Source: Octopus vulgaris (Eukaryota). From it: DNA of 64,000 nucleotides. The position numbers and the translations under genes are program-made. Shown here piece after piece: positions 53,703 to 64,000 of the stretch (positions are counted from its first letter, which is position 1; each line of letters opens with the position of its first letter). The notes under the pieces are model-generated. The model did not search any database. It was not told the origin of the DNA and worked only from the letters and a program-made list of their open reading frames with translations. Location of the stretch: positions 49,600,001-49,664,000 of the forward strand of contig OX597815.1 in the NCBI GenBank assembly GCA_951406725.2, in the 5' to 3' direction.

Positions 53703-54278
53703 TCCCTCTGGACTTGTATTTTATCCCAAACTATTGCAGGATCATGCAAAGTATTTTATACAAACCTGTCTGATTAATGCTCTATCCAAGCATGAAATTT
53801 GAAGTAGCTCATGTTGAAGTCCTGCATTTTCTTGTAGTTTTCCTGTGTATTTCCACTTGTACTGACCTCAATATCCTGGGCCTTGTGGATGAAGACAATA
53901 ACAACAACAGTAAGAACAACAGCACTTGGTTTATCAGTGATATCAATGTCATTGTAATTATCATCATCATTACTGAGAATAAAAATGGATATATAATTCT
54001 TGGAGCACAGAGTTAGTAACCAGATACTGAGCATATGAAAGAGCCTCTGTGTGGTTGATTAATTTATAAAGAAATTGCAGCTGAATCTTCAAATCATACA
54101 CTTAGCGAGGAGTGAACCATCAAGTCATTTTTGACCCATTGGAAGTAGTAGCTAAATTTCCTTAAAATCACAGCAGCCTACCATCTTAAAAAGGAAGGAC
54201 ATGTTGGATAATTAATCAAAAATACAATCAAAGGATTTCTGATTCTTGTTGAAATGTCTTTGGTCATATGTTTGCATT

Positions 54279-54563
54279 AGTGGTTCTTAACTCCACACAA
54301 CAAAATAGTAAACTGGGGACCTACAATAGTATTTTAAGGGCCCCTGAAAAATTTTTGTATTAGTATGTATAGCAAGAAACAGCTAGGTTTCTTCAACATT
54401 TCACATAGTTCAACTTACACAAGTGAATGCGTGAATAGCAAAATAGGAATTTTGAAAGAAGTAACTATAAAACTAGTTTTTAAATATTGACTAGCTATTG
54501 GAGTCCACCAGAACAAAATATTAATCAAAGGGGTCCATTGATAAAAAATGGTTGAGAACCCTG
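54279..54563. mobile_element. hAT-like MITE
   Basis: Ends TAGTGGTTCTTAAC and GGTTGAGAACCCTG resemble CAGTGGTTCTCAAC-type TIRs; no clear 8-bp TSD. Confidence 0.5.
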
Positions 54564-54734
54564 ATATACATGATTAAGACTGATTTAGGTCTCAACAAGA
54601 ACAGTAAATATAATCATATTTAGTAATTTCAGCAAGATGTTCAGTTTTCAAGTACAATCCTATTCATGTTAGTGAAGCCAAAATGGATTTCTTTAAAAAT
54701 CCAATAAAAGAAAACAACAAAAATATGAACAAAA

Positions 54735-54766
<32 letters not shown>

Positions 54767-54767
<1 letters not shown>

Positions 54768-55177
54768 TCTTTTACTCTTTTACTTGTTTCAGTCATTTGA
54801 CTGCGGCCATGCTGGAGCACCGCCTTTAGTCGAGCAAATCGACCCCGGGACTTATTCTTTGTAAGCCCAGTACTTATTCTATCGGTCTCTTTTGCAGAAC
54901 CGCTAAGTGACGGGGACGTAAACACACCAGCATCGGTTGTCAAGCAATGCTAGGGGGACAAACACAGACACACAAACATATACACACACACTTATATATA
55001 TATATACATATATACGACAGGCTTCTTTCAGTTTCCGTCTACCAAATCCACTCACAAGGCATTGGTCGGCCCGGGGCTATAGCAGAAGACACTTGCCCAA
55101 GATGCCACGTAATGGGACTGAACCCGGAACCATGTAGTTGGTTAGCAAGCTACTTACCACACAGCCACTCCTGCGCC
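54767..55177 (-). mobile_element. SINE family A, youngest-looking copy
   Basis: Retains many CpGs lost in the other copies; inserted in (TA)n. Confidence 0.9.
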
Positions 55178-56288
55178 TATATATATATATATATATATAT
55201 AATTGGTCTTTATTGAATGATGAAGAACATGGTAAAATTCTCTTCTAATGCTATGTAGTTCTCTATCATTATATTTACTCTGGAATGACAGCATATATGC
55301 GATAACTGGCCTGTGGTAGAATCACTATAATCCTTATGAAATATTGCTATATAACAATCTGATAATTTGTTGGATAAATATTCGATAGAAGTAATTGCAA
55401 ATAATTAATTAAGGTCAAGTTCTTTGGAAGATATTTTGGCAGTTGTTCTAACATTGATAAATAAAATGACTTTGTGGTAGGGAGAAGATGAAAACATGAG
55501 GTGAGTGAAAGTCTGACTGAAAATAGGAAATTAATATTCATAATGAGGAAGAAAAGAAAAATTAAATATCATCATCATCATCATCATTGTTGCTGTCATT
55601 ATCACCATCATTGTCATCATCATTATCATTACCAATAGCAACAACAATAAATTATGAAAGGCTGCAGGATCTATGAAAATAAGTATAACAGTAGTGTAAT
55701 ACTTGGTATACATAGATATACACTTCATCCAATTATACTGCATAACACGATTTTTGACCTTGGGTAGCAACTGTTATATCCTATTTGCTCACCCCTTAAA
55801 AGTATGGAAAAGGGTTAATATTTCCTTCAAACTTTGCCTTTGTTACATTTATTCAAACACCAAAAAATCCCTCTCAATGCATGGCTATGATGCTTCCCCA
55901 CTGCTCCTGCTTATGGTCAGAGATGCATATATTGTTAGCCACTAAGGGGCATGCTCAAGTGGTTATGGTCAAGTAACACGCAAGTCTGTGGTATTGAGCA
56001 GAATATTTGCTATAATGATATTTCTGCTTCAGCAACTCAGTGCTGAATCTGTCAGAAATGTAATGGAAAATATAGGTAAGTTTGAAAACGCTGAATATCC
56101 AGGTCATGAAAGCAGAGTTTGGAGGGAATAGTAGTCATTTCCTTTGACTTCTAAATAGAAGCAAACAGAAAATAACATTTACTGACCAAAGAAAAAATAT
56201 AAACATTTTGTTATGCAATGTTATTATAGCTGTCTAATATAGAAAATCCTTCATACTTTTATAAATTTGACACATTGTTACTGAAAGA

Positions 56289-56515
56289 TTAAACCTTTGG
56301 CATTTAAACTGACCATATCCAGCCCAAATATTCTACATGTTTTATGTTCAAACTGGCCATGTCTGGCCTCTCACAACTTTTCTACAATAACATCTTAAAA
56401 AATACAATCACCCCATCAAAATCTCAAAGCTACGAAATAATGCTTGACTAATTTGAAACATCATGAATCAATAAGCATTATATTTGACATACTAACCTGA
56501 ATGCTAAAGGGTTAA
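56289..56515. mobile_element. TTAA-flanked piggyBac-type MITE (second family)
   Basis: TTAAACCTTTGGCATT...AATGCTAAAGGGTTAA. Confidence 0.7.
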
Positions 56516-56730
56516 ATGTAGCCAATTGTTATCCAAGGGACTTTCACTCATCACAGTTGTTTTCACCAACAGATGCCCTCTCATATATCTACTACACATA
56601 TATCTCTTACAGCAAATTCTGTTAACAAAATATCTTGCATAACACTCTTTCATTCAATAGGTGCAGCTGTTTAAGCACTTTGGTATCCATCTGAAAATGT
56701 CTCTGATTCCGTTTTAAAATAGTCTTAGTT

Positions 56731-57003
56731 GACTTTTGGAAACATTTTTTCACGCTAAGAGTGGCTGAAGTATGGAACAAACTGCTGGCATCAGTTGTTA
56801 GATGTTGGCGCACTGCATCCTTCAAAACTTCCATGCTTCCTGACATTCGCCAACACTACCCCTGATTTTCTACCCTCCATACACACGCAAGCACGTATCT
56901 GACTCATACACTGTTCACTCTCCAGACATTTGTACATTACTGCATATGCTTTATATGCACTTTTGACAAGTTGTGGTGCACCTGAGCACTGTATGCAATA
57001 ATT

Positions 57004-57034
<31 letters not shown>

Positions 57035-57060
57035 TATCATTATTATTATCATTATTATTA
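56731..57060 (+). mobile_element. 3' end of a CR1-group LINE with 3'UTR and (ATT)n tail
   Basis: DFWKHFFTLRVAEVWNKLLASVVRCWRTASFKTSMLPDIRQHYP*, matching the CR1/L2 C-terminal FFxxRVxxxWNxLPxxVV...SFK motif. Confidence 0.8.
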
Positions 57061-58776
57061 AAACCTTCCATCAAAATTTCATGTTAATTTATGTTCCAAG
57101 CACCAGCTTAATAATGGCCATGTTATTTTGATAAATTCTCTGTTATTTTCAAAGTTATTGCTGTTGAAGTAGGGTAATGAAAGAATTAAAGTAACACCCA
57201 AAATTGTTTAATTATGCTAAAGAGTTTAATTATGCCTTTGGTTTAGTTTCCCTGTTGAGGTTGTTTAAAGCATAACACTCAAACTTGCTTCATTATGCTA
57301 AATATTTTTCTTACATCTTTTGTTCTTTAGTTAAAATTGTTAAAAGCACAGAACTTGATTACATGAATGTCATGATAAGCAGATTAATGTTAAAGGTTAT
57401 ATTGCCATTGACTAAATAATGTTCTTACCCCATCCCAGCTCAATTATTTCTCATTAGTTATTTAATGCCCTTGTATTAACTATGTTAACACTAACATAAC
57501 TATTGTTCACTGTATTTGCTGAAGTAGTGATGAAAGAATCACTAAATAAACATACAAGATTGTATACTGGTTGGTAGTGAAGGCAAATAGATTTGTTTAG
57601 AGAATGTGATTAACATTGTTTAATTTGTACATTGCTAGTAATGCTAGTATTAGGTAGTTATAATAGCACACTCATACAAAAGTATCTTTAAATACACAAC
57701 TACATTCATACAATTGCATGTATTGTATGCACGCATTCCCACCCATACACACACTCATATGCACACCTGGAGTAATCCATACAGATATGTAGACATCCCA
57801 CCCTAGACACTGAACACCAATAGTGTCTAGGCTTTGAGAACATCTGTGGAAGATGATACTTTCTTTGACATCAGTAAAGCTTTTGAGTACATCTATCACG
57901 TGAATCTTTTCTTAAATCTTTCTGACTATAAAGCCAACAGGAGACACATTTTATTAGTGGTTTTCAACAAGGGTGCATATTGTCCTTGAGGTCCACATAA
58001 TATTTTCTTGTTAAAATTTATCTGCAATAAATCAGTTATATTTCTACAATGCACAAAACATTCAAATAGTTATTTTTGTACAAATCTTAGGGGAATTACA
58101 TACACTCACTGCCTTAAAAAATGCAATGGCATATTGGATAATGTAGTCAAAGGTATGTAATGTCATTAAAAAGACAGACTGGAATGCCTTCTATCATGTC
58201 TATTTGTGTAGGGCTTATCTGGACAACAGCAACCCATATATCCAATAAAACGCCTTGTTGTTCATGGTCAAAATAGCCCAAACAACCTGACTTTCTATGC
58301 TTGTCAGAACACCCAGTAAGGCATAAATGCACCTTGCATTTTCACCAGCAACTACTGAGTGAGTGATTTTCATTTGCCTCTGATTTATATTGTGTTTTTG
58401 AATACAACACATCCATAAGAGATATTACTTTAGAACAAATACAACAGTAAATTTGTCTTTCATTATGTATTTATATTATGTATGATACACAGATAGCTAT
58501 TTTAATCTAATACTGCTTCTGTTGAATATAACAGAGATTTTATTGAGTGGGACAGCTATATGCAACACAAGTGATTGTTTATACATTGTTTTCTTTTCTT
58601 GGTAATAGAAAATTTCATCTAAGCATGTAGTTGGCCGTGAGTGCATACTGTTGACCTAGTGATGCTGAAATGTGCATCTAGCATTCTTACTAGCAGCTGT
58701 TGGATAATTTTTGTTTACTTCTGATATATATTGTTTTTAAACAGATCCTGTTCATATGAGGTACTATCTCAGGATA

Positions 58777-59010
58777 TGGAGGCATGTGGTTTAGTGGTTA
58801 GGGTTGTTGGGCTCATGATCATAAGACTGTGGTTTCAATTCCTGGACCAAGCATTGTGTTGTGTTCTTAAGCAAAATACTTCATTTCATGTTGCTTTAAT
58901 CTATTCAGCTAGTAAAAATGAGTAATCCTGTGATGGACTGGCAACCCATCAAGCACCAGACAAAACCAGTAAACTAGCCTTATGAGTCAGTATGACTCAA
59001 GAAGGACCTT
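58777..59010 (+). mobile_element. tRNA-derived SINE with a V/Meta-domain-like core
   Basis: TGGTTTAGTGG A-box, GGTTTCAATTCC B-box, CCTGTGATGGACTGGCAACCCATC. Confidence 0.6.
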
Positions 59011-59360
59011 ATCTCAGGACAAATATCACAGTAAAATTGCCTATCATGATGGCTACATCTCATACTTTCAAATAACCTTTCGTTACAATCCTATGCAATT
59101 GGCAGGGGATTAGGAGGAACATTTGAAAGCCCAACAAAAAAAGTAATGTGATTGATAAAGTTGCCTAAAAGAAACAACAAAAACAAAATCTCTTCAAGAT
59201 CAGTACTCCACCATGGCCACAGTCCAGTAACCAAAACCAGTGACAGAACAACAGAATGAAAAAAAAGTGATTAAAATTCATACTTTATAATCTATCCCAC
59301 TATAAAATTTCATAGCTAAGAATAATCTCCACCACTAAAAACAAAATTATAAGGCAAACA

Positions 59361-60159
59361 TAGGCACAGGCATGGCTATGTGGTAAGAAGCTTGCTTCCC
59401 AAATACATGGTTTCAGGTTCAGTCCTGCTGCATGGCACCTTGGGCAAGTGTCTCCTGCTATAGCCTGAGGCCAACCAATGCCTTTGAGTTGATTTTTGTA
59501 GACAGAAGCTGAAAGAAGCCTGTCGTGTGTGTGCGTATATACATATATATATATGTATGTGTGTGCTTGAGTCCCCCATCACTGCTTGACAACTGATATT
59601 GGTGTGTTTACATACCTGTAACTTAGCAGTTCAGCAAAAGCGACCAATAGAATAAGTACTAGGCTTTAAAAAGCATCCTGGGTTGACTTGTTCAACTAAT
59701 AAGACCCTTCAAGGCAGTGTTCCAGCATGGCCACAGTCAAATGATTAAAACAAGTAAAAAAATAAAAGAAAGAATGCTAAAAGATTTTTTTTTCTTGTAT
59801 ACCATTCTAGTATGGCTGATGTCAGTGCTACCTGACTGCCACCTGTGCTGGTGGCACATAAAAAGCACCATTCATGCATGACCAATGCCAGTGCCGCCTG
59901 ACTGGCACCCTTGCTGGTGGCACATAATAAGCACCATTTAACTGTGGTCAATCCCAGTGCTATTTGACTGGCTCCTGTGCCAGTTGTACATAAAAAGCAC
60001 TCACTACACTCTCGGAGTGGTTGGTGTCAGGAAGGGCATCCAGCCGTAGAAATCTTGCCAAATCAGATTGGATCCTGGTGCAGGCTCCCAGCTTGCCAGT
60101 CCTCAGTCAAACCGTCCAACCCATGCCAGCATGGAAGACAGACGTTAAATGATGATGAT
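59361..60159 (+). mobile_element. SINE A (59361-59775) followed by SINE B (59810-60159)
   Basis: Family motifs. Confidence 0.8.
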
Positions 60160-62204
60160 CAGTCTAGCAGTTGACATTTGATCTCTCCTAGTTTTGTTTA
60201 CTATAAAGGGTCATTGAATCCACAAACTGACTTCCTGAAAAACAAAAAAAAAGCGTCTTAAATCATTTCATTCTCCAGCTACCGATTTGTCCACCACAGC
60301 ACCATCCTACCCCCCAACTCATTGAGAAACACAAGTAAGTAATCAGTCGAAAGTCTTGACATACATTCTTAAGGTGTTACTTTTATAATGCAGCAGAGCT
60401 TTAGTCTTTGCTTCTTGGCTTCTAATCAATAAACACACATGACAGACACACAAACAAGCATAAATACCCATACTGCGAATAATGACATACACATTAACGC
60501 ACATTTTCGACTTGAATGGATTTATTGAACTCCGTTTTGTAATGTTTTCTTCTTTTTTTTTGCTTAGTTTTATTATATATTTTCGTTTTTCTTTTTGTTT
60601 TCCTCAGTGTTGTTTTTCTTCCTCTTTATGTATGAAGAGACATAACTATGTGTGAGATAATAATCCATATCTAGTCGAGATTCTATGTCAAATTTTACTC
60701 CACTTTATATAATACGAAACTGTATTTATCCCTCTTTCTTGTAATTTTATTTCAGTTGCTTGTTATTTTTCTTATTCTTTTTATTTATTTGGAGAGGTTC
60801 TTATTTTTATCTGATTTCACATTTTTCTTCTCTTTCTCTTGCTTTCTCTACGTATATGTATGTATGTATGAGTGTGTGTATGCATGTGTGTGTGTGTGTG
60901 TGTGTGTAAAACTCTAGCTATCCATCTATTTATCAGTTATTTTCTATTTTTCTATTTCTCTCTGATTCTCTTGCCATGTATCCCATTAAAATGTGTGTGT
61001 AACAACAGCATTTGATGTTACAAAAGAAAAAGAAAATTAAAGAAAACCAAAAAAAAACAAAAAGGGAGAGGGGAGAATGTTTGATGTTGGTTGACGGACA
61101 TTAAACCATGTCACCGAAACAAGAGACTAGCAGACAAAAGCATATATACAAGTTGGAATTCATCCATGTCTTCTATCATAGTGCTAAACCTGATCAGACA
61201 AAGGTGAAATTCCAATCAAATCACACAACTGTACTTTTTTTTATTTTTCTCTCCAAAACATGTGTCTGGTAACAAGAGATCATCTTTTGCTATGTTACAA
61301 TTTTATTTTTATTTCTTTTCCAACTAATGGAAATCAAAAATAAAAAAATAAAAATAGAAATCACTTGTTATCAAACTTGAAACTCTGAAGAAAAATTTTA
61401 AAAAGAAATGAAGAAAATAAAAACTATTTTCTTTTTTGTTTTTGCTTTTTGTTCTTTAGATCATTGTAGAATTCATTGGAAGAGAGTGCTTATTTTGTAG
61501 TTTCTATGACTGCACTATAGTGTTTTTCTAACATTTTAGCAAATAGGTAAACCTGTATCAATAGTTTCTATGAAGTTCTATACCATGTTTTCTTTTATAC
61601 CTTCATTATGATAAAACTTTAACTTTATTTGGTGACTGATTACAACCAAAGGGATGAGCTATACAAAATACATGACAGGCCTACATTCAATTGCGATGAT
61701 TTTAGACTTTAGTACAATACAAAAAAGAAAGGTGGGAAATATACACAAAAATACATGTCTCAAGTAAAATTTGAACCTGCTGCTCCTCTGTTTCTTACAG
61801 TTCAATCTACATCATTTAATGTCTTTTATGTACTTTTAAAATGCATGTAGTCAATGTAAAAAGACAACTGCTTTCATTTATAGTCCCATCATGAAGTGTG
61901 AAAGCCCACTACGATGAATAATCAAACCAAGTGGAAATGTTTACAGCAAATTTTGCTTCGATTTTATTTAATTTCCATCTAAATATAACATTATTCAGGT
62001 GTTTTGTATTGTTTGCTATTTGTTTTTGAAGATAACCAATGGAACAACAGTGGATGCAGTTGCATAAGACAACTGGAGGTTAGTGACTGCTCCTGCTTGT
62101 GCTACACGTTCCATATAATGAAACTATGGAAGTGATGCTATTACATTTTTACAGATGTGTGATACCCAGACTGTTACAATGAAATATTTTGTTGCCTAAG
62201 CCTA

Positions 62205-62549
62205 AATGGCACTTGTGCCAGTGGCATATAAAAAGCGCCCTTCAAACGTTGGGCCTCATGGCGGCAGTGCTAAATGTCTGAGAACTTTGGGAATATATAC
62301 TGTGCTTGAGAAGATCTGGCAAGCCAAGTTAGATCCTAGTTGTGGCTGATGCTGGTTACATAACTGGCATCCATGCTGGTGGCATGTAAGAAGCACCCAC
62401 TACATTCTTGGAATGGTTGATGTTAGGAAGGGAATCCAGGCATAGAAACCATGCCACATCAGATCGGGACCTGGTGCCACTTACCAGTTTTCTGTCAAAC
62501 TGTCCAACCCATGCCAGCATGGAAATTGGACGTTAAATGATGATGATGA
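62205..62549 (+). mobile_element. SINE family B
   Basis: Family motifs, (GAT)n end. Confidence 0.75.
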
Positions 62550-63489
62550 AGTAGTTTGAAAAAGATCAAGTCAGGATTTGTACTGGAGTTGGAGCTTAGT
62601 GAGGCAAAACTGCACTGAATGAAAGTAGCACACTTCTATCAATGACTTCTGGATCAGTGGCAAGACTGGCCAAAACAAAGAGAGGTTGACAGAGGATGCA
62701 GTTAGATGACCAGCATGATCAGCATATCCCACTATGATCTGAGGTTCATTTCCCACAACAATGTTGTAGGATATTGTCTTTCTGATGAATGAAATTTGAT
62801 CACTGGTGGTCAGGTTTATTCTACACAGTCTGATGGAAATTCAGTTTTCATATGTGTAGATTCTCAAGTATTTAAATAATTTCACTAAGCATTTGAACTT
62901 AGTGGAATTATTTCCTATTCTTAGAACATGAACAAGATGTACTACAGTGCTGAGTTGAAGGATTTAAGTAATAAGGATTTATAATGGTTTTTGTATTCTT
63001 TGTCTATCATTTAATCTTTTTCATTGAGTAGAGTAAAACACATGATGATGTAAGACTCCAAATCTAATTCTACATAAAGTTTTTTTCAACACTTCTCAGT
63101 ATTGCATTAGTTAGAAGTTATTCTGTGTTACTAAACATCGATTTCGTAAACACATTTTAACTGAGTATTATTAATTTAGGATATAATGGTCAACATTTTT
63201 ATCCTATGCAGAAACTTAAAACTTCTTTTTTTTTTTTTGCTGATTTGTTTATTGTAGTTAAAACTTTTCCTTTCTGTTTTTAAAGCAACTTTTGATAACA
63301 AAAAACAAAAAACAAACTTCAAATTAGAAGTTGAAATGAAAAGGTTAATCCTGTTAACCATCAACATGAATTCAAACAGTTACAAGTAATTTTGTGATTG
63401 TTTGTACCTTACCACATTGTCAATTAGGAAGCCTGCAACTTTGATCCTTCATGTCTGAGTGCACTGTGTTTTAATAAAAAAAAGAAAGT

Positions 63490-63770
63490 CTGCAAAAGAA
63501 AAAGAGGATGTAGGATGTGTTTTTGTTTTTTTTTCTGGGTAAGTGATCATCTAGAGAGGTTATTGGAAGAAACCTCTTGCTAAACTGACAAAATGATGAT
63601 GTGAATATTAGGAGTTGGCATTTCAACAAGTTCTGATCATTTATAACAAATGGAGAAAGTGAGGAAAATTGCCAAATATGGTAACAAATTAATAGAAAAT
63701 TGCCATTTCAAAGGTTGCACTATGCTGCTTTTGTGTAACAGAAATGAACTAATTTTTGTTTTAATCAGGC
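63490..63770 (+). pseudogene. Old mariner transposase relic
   Basis: STSSDHL*QMEKVRKIAKY...HFKGCTMLLLCNRNELIF aligns by eye with the mariner pattern STVxxHLKQIGKVKKLDKWVP...RFEVCSxLLLRNxNEPF. Confidence 0.5.
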
Positions 63771-64000
63771 TCTGTAGAGAACAGCAAACCATTTGCAATA
63801 ATTGAAAAATATCTACACAATGACTTGGCTATAAAGAGACTTTCAGGCAATTATTCACCAACAGAAAATTATAAGCTGTGCAACTCCTATGATACACAAC
63901 AGGTTTCTTGCACACAAGAACTGGAATGAAATTCAAGCAAAATTACATAACAAGCAATTTATAGGTGAACACATGGACGTATGGTTAACTAGTTTGCTTT

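Overview
AT-rich, microsatellite-dense eukaryotic DNA with no recognisable intact host gene. It is most likely intronic or intergenic sequence from an octopus-like cephalopod, which I infer from the repeat families and could not verify. Nearly all ORFs in the supplied track are microsatellite artefacts. The window is a mosaic of about 40 SINE copies from several families (my labels A-H), piggyBac-type TTAA MITEs, hAT-like MITE remnants and LINE fragments (RTE, R4/Dong, CR1, Penelope GIY-YIG). It also holds one full-length but decayed Tc1/mariner element with a DD36E spacing and a mariner relic. The most notable signals are: (i) a composite element with a tRNA-derived head, an (AAT)n linker and a hammerhead-ribozyme-like tail, with an R4/Dong 3' end in the AAT tract next to both tail copies; (ii) a hammerhead core whose stem II is expanded to about 260 nt and encloses a near-perfect 51-bp inverted repeat; (iii) the DD36E (Incomer-like) transposon; (iv) a Penelope endonuclease fragment with an inversion at the YIG motif; (v) several nested-insertion stacks and a templated local duplication. 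All ribozyme-like motifs carry substitutions in the copies present, so activity is not shown.
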